Assembly (NCBI GenBank): GCA_036502225.1
Contig: DASXYY010000029.1
Location: forward strand, 14,151 to 78,150
Length of the DNA stretch: 64,000 bases
Source of the DNA: Opitutaceae bacterium
Lineage (GTDB): Bacteria; Verrucomicrobiota; Verrucomicrobiia; Opitutales; Opitutaceae
Reading direction: 5' to 3'
Shown here: piece by piece, positions 35,239 through 43,007 of the stretch
Position numbering within the stretch: the stretch's first letter is position 1
Layout of the letters: each line of letters begins with the position of its first letter
Translations under genes and position numbers: made by a program
Notes under the pieces: model-generated
The model's database searches: none
What the model was told of the DNA's origin: nothing
What the model saw: only the letters and a program-made list of their open reading frames with translations

Positions 35239-36497
35239 GGACGCCCGTGACGCCGGTCGTCACGTACCTCTTCACGACGTTTCCCAAGGACACGGAAACG
35301 TTCCTGCAGCGCGAAATCATCGCGATGCGCGCGGCCGGAGTGGAGGTCGAGCTTCACTCGCTGTGGGGTGGCAAGGACCGTTTTCGCGGCCAGCCGGTGC
35401 GGCGCTTTTCCAAGTGGAGGCTCCTGACGCTCTTTTGGAAAATCCCGATTGAAGCGCGTCGGCGCCCCGAGGTCCTGAAGGAATTGCTGGGCGGACTGGC
35501 GCGCCGTCGTCCGCCGTCCTGGATCAATTTATGGGAAAACCTGCTCGGAGCAGGGTTCGCCTGTGTTCAGGCCGCGGAATTTCGCGCGCGCCGTCCGCAG
35601 TGGATCCACGCAACCTGGGCGGGTGGTCCAGCCACCGCGGCCTGGCTCCTGGGGCGCATCGATGGCCACCGCTATAGCGCGGCGGCCCATGCCTATGACA
35701 TTTTTGAGCACGGCGGGGACTGGTGGCTGCGCGAGAAGCTGCTGCCGGCGGCGTTTGTGCACACCTCGACGGAAATGGGGCGCCGGACGCTGATCGAGCG
35801 CGGCGTTCCCTCGGAAAAAGTGGTCTGCATCCGCCGGGGGCTGGACCGGTTGGGGGCCGTCAAACGATTGCGGTCCACGCGGCTGCCCCTTCGTCTGCTG
35901 TGCATCGCGCGCCTCGTGGCCAAGAAGGGACTGGACCACCAGCTCCGAATCTACGCGGCCCTTCGGGATGCGGGCGTACCCTTCACCGCCAAGATTGTGG
36001 GGGAAGGGCCGCTCCGCGGAGACTTGGAACGTATGGCCGGACGTCTCGGCATCGCCGCGCGGGTCACGTTTACCGGCGCGCTTCCGCATCACGAAGTGCT
36101 GGGTGAATTGGCCGAGGCTGACGTCCTCTTGCATACCGGCGTGGTCGCCCCCAGCGGCGACCGCGACGGATTGCCCAACGTGATTCCCGAAGCGATGTCG
36201 GCCGGCGTCGTGGTGCTGACATCCCCCACGGCGGCGACGACCGAGGCCGTCACGGACGGCGTCAGCGGGCTGGTCTGTCCGGTGGAGGAACCCGCCGCTT
36301 GGGTGCGGGCGTTGGAGCGCATTGCCAAGGACGATGCGCTGGCCGAGGCGTTGCGCGCCGCCGCCCGGCGATGGGTGGAGGAAAACTTTGACGCGCACCG
36401 CAACGCCGCGAAGCTGCGGAGAGAGTTCGAGCAAGCGTGCGCCTTGACGTCGAAAGCGGAAAAGCGCGTGGGGACCACGCGCTCCACCTCGAAATAG
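35235..36497 (+). CDS. GT4-family (GT-B) glycosyltransferase, WcaL-like N-terminus
   Basis: VTYLFTTFPKDTETFLQREI N-terminus. C-half DRDGLPNVIPEAMSAGVVVL (EX7E-type). The last ~17 codons and the TAG stop lie in repeat 36444-36508. Start is TTG 35235 or GTG 35247. Confidence 0.75.
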   Translation: MRTPVTPVVTYLFTTFPKDTETFLQREIIAMRAAGVEVELHSLWGGKDRFRGQPVRRFSKWRLLTLFWKIPIEARRRPEVLKELLGGLARRRPPSWINLWENLLGAGFACVQAAEFRARRPQWIHATWAGGPATAAWLLGRIDGHRYSAAAHAYDIFEHGGDWWLREKLLPAAFVHTSTEMGRRTLIERGVPSEKVVCIRRGLDRLGAVKRLRSTRLPLRLLCIARLVAKKGLDHQLRIYAALRDAGVPFTAKIVGEGPLRGDLERMAGRLGIAARVTFTGALPHHEVLGELAEADVLLHTGVVAPSGDRDGLPNVIPEAMSAGVVVLTSPTAATTEAVTDGVSGLVCPVEEPAAWVRALERIAKDDALAEALRAAARRWVEENFDAHRNAAKLRREFEQACALTSKAEKRVGTTRSTSK

Positions 36498-36508
36498 CCC
36501 CCGGCTAC
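36444..36508. repeat. half REP element (core + type A unit + type B tail)
   Basis: TTGACGTCGAAAGCGGAAAAGCGCGTGGGGACCACGCGCTCCACCTCGAAATAGCCCCCGGCTAC. It contains the stop codon of the upstream GT4 and ends 3 nt before the next ATG. Confidence 0.85.
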
Positions 36509-36511
36509 AAC

Positions 36512-37573
36512 ATGATCTGGCTCGATGTGACCAAGACGGCCGATGCTCGGCACAAGTCGGGACTCACGCGGGTGACGACGAAGGTGCGCGCGGCGCTGGG
36601 CGAGGCGGCAAACGAACATCGGTGGCTCCCGCGGCAGGGTTGGAATGTGCCGGCTTCGCCCGACGATTGGTATCTGACGGCCGAGGTGTTTGCGCCGCAC
36701 GAACGACCCGGCTTCGGGGAATTTGTGCGGCAGCGTCCCGTGAAGCTGGCCGCGATCTTTCACGATGCGATTCCGCTGGAGTTGCCGCACATCACCTGGC
36801 CGAAATCGGTCGGACGCCATCCGCTGTATCTGTCCATGCTGGCGGAGTTCGATCGGGTGTTGGCGGTGTCGAATTACAGCCGTGAACGGCTGCTCGGGTT
36901 CTGGAAGTGGCAAGGGAGGGCGGTCCGGGCGCAGGTGGACGTGATTCCGTCGGGGGCGGATTTTTTGGTTCCTGTAGCCGGGGGCCTATCCCGAGGTGGA
37001 GCGCGTGGTCCCCACGCGCTCCACCTCGGGATAGCCCCCGGCTACAGCAAACGGCCGCTGGTGCTCTGTGTAGGGATACTTGAGCCCCGGAAGAACCAGA
37101 CTTTTCTACTGAAGGTGGCAGAAACGCTCTGGGCGGAGGGTCTCGACTTCGACCTCACCTTCGTCGGCCGCATCAATCCGCACTTTGGCCGGCCGATCGC
37201 TCGCGCCCTGCGCCAATCGCGCGCTCGCTACCTCGGCGCGGTGAGTGACGAGAAGCTCGTCCAGCTCTACCGCGAAGCCACCGTCTGCGCGTTGCCGACT
37301 CTCGCCGAAGGCAATGGATTGCCTCTCCTGGAAGCTTTGTGGTGCGGGACGCCCTGCATCGCTTCCGAGCTTCCTCCGCTCCAGGAAAATGGCGGAGAAG
37401 GCTGTCTGCTGGCACCGACCGGCGGTGAAACGGCCTGGGCCATTGCTTTGCGGGGTGTGATCGCGCGTCCCGATTTCGCGGCGCAATTTCGATCTCAGGC
37501 CGCCACGCGCCGCGCCACGCTCCCTCGCTGGGCGGACACCGCCCGCGCGCTTCAAAGCTTCTTGAGCGCGTAG
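36512..37573 (+). CDS. GT4-family (GT-B) glycosyltransferase carrying a 24-codon palindromic insert
   Basis: ATG at 36512 (MIWLDVTKTADARHKSGLTRV, similar to the N-terminus of the 38781-39965 GT4). C-half LCVGILEPRKN...AEGNGLPLLEALWCGTPCI. Insert at 36974-37045. Confidence 0.7.
   Translation: MIWLDVTKTADARHKSGLTRVTTKVRAALGEAANEHRWLPRQGWNVPASPDDWYLTAEVFAPHERPGFGEFVRQRPVKLAAIFHDAIPLELPHITWPKSVGRHPLYLSMLAEFDRVLAVSNYSRERLLGFWKWQGRAVRAQVDVIPSGADFLVPVAGGLSRGGARGPHALHLGIAPGYSKRPLVLCVGILEPRKNQTFLLKVAETLWAEGLDFDLTFVGRINPHFGRPIARALRQSRARYLGAVSDEKLVQLYREATVCALPTLAEGNGLPLLEALWCGTPCIASELPPLQENGGEGCLLAPTGGETAWAIALRGVIARPDFAAQFRSQAATRRATLPRWADTARALQSFLSA
36974..37045. repeat. nested 72-bp palindrome (type A hairpin inside type B arms) within a CDS
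   Basis: GTAGCCGGGGGCCTATCCCGAG-GTGGAGCGCGTGG-TCC-CCACGCGCTCCAC-CTCGGGATAGCCCCCGGCTAC. Only one unpaired base. Confidence 0.95.
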
Positions 37574-38748
37574 GCCATCGCCTCGCCGACCCGTTCGATC
37601 TGCTCGTCGGTGTGCATGGCGGAGATGGCCGTGCGGATCAGGTCCTTGCCGGCCGGCACGGCCGGAGCGATCGACATGACGGTGAACACGCCCTTTTCGT
37701 TGAGCGCGCGCCAGAACTGATACACGCGCTCCTTGGAACCGAGCACGATCGGCACCGCGGGCGTTTCGCTGTCCCAGATGTCGAGGCCGAGTTCGCGGAG
37801 CATGCCGCGGTATTTCTTGGTGTTGGCCCAAAGTCGCTGCAGATGCTCGGGCTCGGTCTGCATGACCTCGAGCGAAGCCTCGGCGGCCGCGGCTTGGCTC
37901 GGGCTGACGGCGGCGCTGAAGATGGTCTGCTTGGAGTGCGTCCGCAGGTATTCGACGATGTCCTTGGAGCCGGCGATGAATCCGCCCGTGCTGGCCAGCG
38001 ACTTCGAAAGGCTTCCACACACCACGTCGACCTTGTCGTTCAATCCGAAATGGTCGACGGTGCCGCGCCCCTGGCGGCCCAGGACACCGAATCCATGGGC
38101 GTCGTCGAGCACGATGAAGCAGCCCTCATCCTCGGCAATTTCCGTCAGTTCCGGAAGGCGGGCAATATGTCCTTCCATCGAATAGACGCCCTCGATCACG
38201 AGCAGCTTCGGCGCTTCGCGGTTCGAGGCGTTGACCACGTCGCGCAGGTCATCGGGGCTATTGTGGGAAAAACGCTCGACGGTCGCGCGGGTGAGCTGAA
38301 TGCCGTCCCACAGGCAGGAGTGAATGTTCTTGTCGGCGAAAACGACGTCGCCCTTTTGCGCAAAGGTGGCGACCGCCGACATGCAAGAAAGATAACCGGC
38401 GGCGTGGACGTGGCAGGCTTCGCGTCCCAGGAAGGTCGCGAGCTTCTCTTCCAGGCGAATGTGATAGGCCCGGGAGCCGTTCGACGGCCGGGCGCCGTTG
38501 GTGCTGGTGCCCCACTGCCGAATCGCCGCCGCCGACGCTTCCATCACCTTGGGATGGAACGCCAAACCCAGATAGTCGTTGCTCGACAGCATGATCATGT
38601 CCTTGCCGTCGAGGCGGACCGTGGTTCCGCGTTGAGCCTCCATGGGATGATACCAGGGGGCGTACTTTTGGCGCATCTTCGTGGCGTAATCATCGCCGCA
38701 GCGGGAGAGAACGGCCTTCTTGTGCTTCGAGAAAAGAGATAACGCCAT
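37552..38748 (-). CDS. PLP-dependent alpha-oxoamine synthase family enzyme, serine palmitoyltransferase-like
   Basis: SSNDYLGL, WGTSTNGARPSNGS, VIEGVYSMEGHIARL, DDAHGFG and PLP-Lys motif GSLSKSLASTGGFIAG. ATG at 38748. Confidence 0.8.
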   Translation of the reverse strand: MALSLFSKHKKAVLSRCGDDYATKMRQKYAPWYHPMEAQRGTTVRLDGKDMIMLSSNDYLGLAFHPKVMEASAAAIRQWGTSTNGARPSNGSRAYHIRLEEKLATFLGREACHVHAAGYLSCMSAVATFAQKGDVVFADKNIHSCLWDGIQLTRATVERFSHNSPDDLRDVVNASNREAPKLLVIEGVYSMEGHIARLPELTEIAEDEGCFIVLDDAHGFGVLGRQGRGTVDHFGLNDKVDVVCGSLSKSLASTGGFIAGSKDIVEYLRTHSKQTIFSAAVSPSQAAAAEASLEVMQTEPEHLQRLWANTKKYRGMLRELGLDIWDSETPAVPIVLGSKERVYQFWRALNEKGVFTVMSIAPAVPAGKDLIRTAISAMHTDEQIERVGEAMAYALKKL

Positions 38749-38780
38749 GAAGTTAGGTGGCGCGGACCATAGAGCGGCGG

Positions 38781-39965
38781 TCAGCTATTGGCAACCTTGC
38801 CTTTGGGCCCGAGGGCTCCCATCCAGTCCAATAGCTCCCGCGCATGGTCGGCGGTGGTTTTAAATCGGCGTCGGCATGCGACCTCGGCCAGGGCGGAAAG
38901 TTCGGCCGGATGGTGCAAAAGGCGCGAGATTGCCTCCCGCAGGGATGGCACATCGGGTTGATCGACGGTCAGGCACCCTCCGCCGGCGGCCGTTTCCCCC
39001 ACGGCGCCCTGGCGGCAGCAAATGCAGGGTTTTCCCCGGGCGAGGCTTTCCGCGATGGGCAGGCCGAACCCCTCGGCGACCGAGGCGTAAACGGTGAAGC
39101 TGGCCGAAGCGTAGGCCCGCTCGACCGTGGCGTCATCGACCGCACCCTCATGCACCAGAGGCCGGCCCGCGGCTTGAAGCTCGGCGATTCGTTTCAAGGC
39201 CCGCCTCCCGGTTTGCATCTGTCGCAATCCGATCAGGCGGACTCTGAACTGGTCGCCCTGAGCCCAAAGGCTTTCGCAGGCATCGAGCAGGGCGACGTGG
39301 TTCTTTCGCCCTTCGATCGTGCTGACGTAAAGGATCTCGGGGCGGCCATCGCCCGCTTCGGAGGCCGGCAGCGTCGCCGGCACATCGATTCCCAGGGGAA
39401 TCGATTCCACCGGAGGCGCTCGGCGAATTCCGAGCCAGTCCCAATAGGAAAGCAGTTCGGACTTGGACGTCTCCGAGACGGCGGCGATGCCGTCGAACAT
39501 CCGCAGCTCCTGCAAGTAGGGGGGCAGGCGCGCCACCGTGTTGGGCGCGGCAAACTCCGGGAGCCGGACAGCGGTCGCGTCATGAAAAAGGGCAATGCGG
39601 GCTCCTCCCACGTGAGGCAGGAACTGCGGCAGTGCCAGTCCGACGTCCCTCGAGAACAATTCCGGCACAATCAGGCCGGCCGAGCCAGCCGCCCAATCGA
39701 AGCCGTTTTGCCGTCGGGACAGCCACCCTCGCAAGCGCGACGGCCAAGGCCAGTGCGCGCCTCGTTTGGCGGCGGGCTTCTCCACGGCGAGTTTTCGATG
39801 TTCCCAGGCCCGCAGGGGACGCCACGCACGCTGAAATCGGTCGTAAGTAATGGGCCGGCCCTGAGTTCCCAGGCCTCGCCACAACCCGCGGGCGACGCGC
39901 TGGACACCGGTGCGGGCCGCGGTGTGGCTCGTATGGGTCAAGTCAACGAATACCGGCTGCGACAT
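38781..39965 (-). CDS. GT4-family (GT-B) glycosyltransferase
   Basis: ATG at 39965. N-terminus VFVDLTHTSHTAARTGVQRVARGL. C-half VSTIEGRKN...AEGFGLPIAESLARGKPCI (EX7E). Confidence 0.75.
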   Translation of the reverse strand: MSQPVFVDLTHTSHTAARTGVQRVARGLWRGLGTQGRPITYDRFQRAWRPLRAWEHRKLAVEKPAAKRGAHWPWPSRLRGWLSRRQNGFDWAAGSAGLIVPELFSRDVGLALPQFLPHVGGARIALFHDATAVRLPEFAAPNTVARLPPYLQELRMFDGIAAVSETSKSELLSYWDWLGIRRAPPVESIPLGIDVPATLPASEAGDGRPEILYVSTIEGRKNHVALLDACESLWAQGDQFRVRLIGLRQMQTGRRALKRIAELQAAGRPLVHEGAVDDATVERAYASASFTVYASVAEGFGLPIAESLARGKPCICCRQGAVGETAAGGGCLTVDQPDVPSLREAISRLLHHPAELSALAEVACRRRFKTTADHARELLDWMGALGPKGKVANS

Positions 39966-41493
39966 CGGGAATGGATACTTTCAAGTCGTACAGCGCGAAA
40001 GCGAGCCGCCGTGCGTCGGCTCCGGGCCCTTCGAGAATCGTTGGTGCATCGGTGGTAAAGACAATCTGGCCCTGGCCTTCCCGCACCTCGACCGAAAACT
40101 TAATCGGCGACCTCCTTGCGCCGACCGGGCCGCTCCAAAGCAGTCGGGCGCCTTCGTGGATTGAAATACTGCCGGGTGCGAGGCTGCGGACTTCCGCGGT
40201 GCAACTTATTGACGAGGAATGGGCTGGCCAGGATTGGAAATCCAGCACGGACGGGGCCCCGCTGGTCCAGGTCCACTGGTGCCGCGAAGTACGTTCGGTT
40301 CCATACCAGCCGGCGCCGGTCCGCGCCACCACGGCTTGGCCATGGGCGTGCGCGGCTCCGATTTCGTTCGGGTCCGTAGGGACGTCGCGCAGCGTGAGAA
40401 GCCCCGAAAGCACCGTGAGGTTGCCGATGAGCAGCCAGATCCAGGGCGACCGCTTGCGAACGGCCAGCAAGTTGAAAGCGAGTGTGAGGGGAAGGAGGGT
40501 GCGAAAGGCCGCTCCCGGGAAACCTTCCCAAACCGCTTTGCCCAGCAGGACGAGGACCAGCGCAAAGGGCGCTCCCATGCGCCACCAGCGGTTCGAGGGT
40601 TCCCAATTCCAAATCAGCCAGATCCATTGCGTGGTCAGCCCCACGACCGCGAGCAGGGTGGTGACCGCCAGCAGGACATCGCCCTGAGCGGACAGGGCTC
40701 GAATGCTTTCGGCCCATTTGCCCGCCAGGCCGGCGACCGGCCAGGTGAAGTTGGCCCAACCCGCGTCGCCCTTGGCGGCCAGGTGGCGCAAATAAAGCAT
40801 CCACAGCGCGAGCGGAAGCGCCGCCAGGACCGCGCGAAGGAGATTCTTCGCCGTGGGTTTGAAATTGTCCCAAAGCCCGCCCACGCCCAGCAGCAGGGTT
40901 TCGCGCGTCAGTCCGCTGAGGGCGGCCAGGGCCACCGCCGAACGGCCACGCTTGCGTTCGGCGCTCAACACGGCGGCGAAAAGCAAAGTGGCGCCGATCA
41001 GATCGGTCAGCGCGAGCCGGACGCACCCGATCGCTCCCGCGGAAAACAGGACGCCGGCCCAGCCCACGAACCCCCGGGCGTCGTTCACGGGCAGCCCTCT
41101 CCAGAAAAGTGCGCCGAGGGCCAGCCAGGCGATGACATTGACCAGGGGGTAGATTTGGGTGACGACCCCCGGGCGCCCTCCGGCGAGCACCCACGCGATG
41201 GCCGGAGCGAGAATGCGTCTTCCCCGATAGGCCAGGTTGTCGATCGCGCGGCTCAGCTGCGGGTCGCGCAACGTGGGGTCCTCCGCGATCTGCGCGTAGA
41301 TCATTCCGTCGTACGGGCCGGTATTGCGGTAGACGTAAACCGGATACGTCCGAAACGCGTCGACCGCGATGGAGGCGTTGGGCGCATCCAACTGCAGGAA
41401 CTTGGTGAATCCGAAAACCGGATGCCAGAACCGCGCGACCAGGCCCAGAAATACCGCCGCCGCGAGCCAGCCGGCGCAGCGAAGGAAGTTCAT
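39943..41493 (-). CDS. polytopic membrane protein with C-terminal soluble domain (paralogue of 42979-44625)
   Basis: ATG at 41493 (MNFLRCAGWLAAAVFLGL), ATGA overlap with the upstream gene. Shares YDGMIYAQIAEDP...LAYRGRRIL and a C-terminal GWY...W.W...DLKVSI domain with its paralogue. Confidence 0.6.
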   Translation of the reverse strand: MNFLRCAGWLAAAVFLGLVARFWHPVFGFTKFLQLDAPNASIAVDAFRTYPVYVYRNTGPYDGMIYAQIAEDPTLRDPQLSRAIDNLAYRGRRILAPAIAWVLAGGRPGVVTQIYPLVNVIAWLALGALFWRGLPVNDARGFVGWAGVLFSAGAIGCVRLALTDLIGATLLFAAVLSAERKRGRSAVALAALSGLTRETLLLGVGGLWDNFKPTAKNLLRAVLAALPLALWMLYLRHLAAKGDAGWANFTWPVAGLAGKWAESIRALSAQGDVLLAVTTLLAVVGLTTQWIWLIWNWEPSNRWWRMGAPFALVLVLLGKAVWEGFPGAAFRTLLPLTLAFNLLAVRKRSPWIWLLIGNLTVLSGLLTLRDVPTDPNEIGAAHAHGQAVVARTGAGWYGTERTSRHQWTWTSGAPSVLDFQSWPAHSSSISCTAEVRSLAPGSISIHEGARLLWSGPVGARRSPIKFSVEVREGQGQIVFTTDAPTILEGPGADARRLAFALYDLKVSIPDVAAGIR

Positions 41494-43007
41494 GGCGGCG
41501 GGACCGGTCCGGCCCATTGCCAGACGGCGATGCCGCGCAAATTCGCGAGGGGTTTCCAATTGCCCGGTGTCCGGCCCCTTAGGGCGGGAGCGGTTTCGAA
41601 GGGGAAAAGCACGGCGTACAGCGGCCGGTGGTCCTGCGCCGCGGCTTGCGCGATCCGGTCCCACTGGGGGCGTTCGATCTGGTCCCACCTCACGACCGCG
41701 CAGGGCGTGTAGTAGAAGGCGGCCCCGCTGGCCTGCATGCAGACCAGGACCGACTCCTCGGAAAGATGCTGGTCCACCCAGGACATGGTTTCGAAATAGG
41801 CGCGTTCGTTTTGGTCGGAGCTCAGCACCGGCAGGTGGAAGGCGTAGGCCACGGAAATGTCTGTGATGAGTATGGCGGCGAGAGCCGCCACCAGCGCCCG
41901 GTCGCGCGCTCGAATTGCCGCCGTGATCGGCCGCAGCACCCAGATCGCACCCAGGATCAGCGCCGGCGCCGCGGGCAGCACAAAGCGCAGGTACCACCAG
42001 GCCTCATGCGTGTGGAAGTACCAGAGATAGAAGAAAAGAAACGCCGTTCCCCACGCGGCGAGGAAAGCGGCCTTCCAGGTGGGGCGCCGAAAGAGGATGA
42101 GAAAAAGGACGACGCCGGGAGTGAACAGCAGCGGCAGCCATTTGACATAGTTGAGCGCGCTGGGACCGACGTTGGCCCAGCGGAAGAGGCTCGCCGCGTC
42201 GCCGTATCCCGTTGACCAGGGCGAGCCGTAGGCGTGCCAGCTGTAAAGCGCCAGGCCGACCGCGAGCGGCAATCCCCCCAGGATGCCATACAGCGTTCGC
42301 GGCCGAAGCAGCGGCCACCAAGCGATCGCCAGGGCCGGCGCCAGCAGGATATCCGTGGGGCGAATGAGAATCGCGATGGAGAAAGCCGCGCCCGCCAGGG
42401 CGGCCCACATCGGCTTTTGGCGCGCCCGCAACGCGGCCCACGCGGTCGCGCACGTCCACGTGAGCGCCGGCACGTCGCTCATGTTTTGCACGGAATAGTA
42501 GAGAAAAAGCGGGCTGGCGGCCAGGCAGACGCAGGCTGCGAACGCACCGCGCCAGCCGAGCGAAAGCTCGCGGGCGATGGCGCAAACCAGCAGGACGGCG
42601 GCCAGCGCGTGAAGCACGATCACGACGTTCGCGGCCTGCTGCCAGCCGAAGAGGACGGCGGAGCCGGCGATCATGACCGGCAGGCCGACGGGATAGGTCG
42701 GCGTCAACGTCATGCCATGGGGGTGAAAGCCCAAGGGGGTGTAGAGATAGTCCGGAAAATCCTTGCCGTTCAGTCCGGTCAACGTGCGCGCCGCGACGCG
42801 AATATGGCCGTGCGCGAGGAGCCGCGCCAGATTCATGTAGCCGGACGAATCGGAACCGCCCGCGGCGGCATACACATGGCCGACCAGAATGACGGCCAGC
42901 ACCGCGCCAAGCGCCCCCAACCAGAGAGTGGGACGACGGGTGATTCCAATCTTGCTTAGAATCGGCAACGGGAAAGAAATGGTTTTTCTTTTGGCGCCCG
43001 ACCACAA
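41490..43007 (-). CDS. GT-C fold glycosyltransferase, ArnT/PMT_2 (GT39/GT83)-like
   Basis: SDSSGYMNLARLLAHG...YPVGLPVMIAGSAVLFG...LFLYYSVQNMSDVP and about 11 TM segments. No in-frame ATG near the 5' end; TTG 43007 (track) or TTG 42968 is possible. Confidence 0.65.
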   Translation of the reverse strand: MWSGAKRKTISFPLPILSKIGITRRPTLWLGALGAVLAVILVGHVYAAAGGSDSSGYMNLARLLAHGHIRVAARTLTGLNGKDFPDYLYTPLGFHPHGMTLTPTYPVGLPVMIAGSAVLFGWQQAANVVIVLHALAAVLLVCAIARELSLGWRGAFAACVCLAASPLFLYYSVQNMSDVPALTWTCATAWAALRARQKPMWAALAGAAFSIAILIRPTDILLAPALAIAWWPLLRPRTLYGILGGLPLAVGLALYSWHAYGSPWSTGYGDAASLFRWANVGPSALNYVKWLPLLFTPGVVLFLILFRRPTWKAAFLAAWGTAFLFFYLWYFHTHEAWWYLRFVLPAAPALILGAIWVLRPITAAIRARDRALVAALAAILITDISVAYAFHLPVLSSDQNERAYFETMSWVDQHLSEESVLVCMQASGAAFYYTPCAVVRWDQIERPQWDRIAQAAAQDHRPLYAVLFPFETAPALRGRTPGNWKPLANLRGIAVWQWAGPVPPP

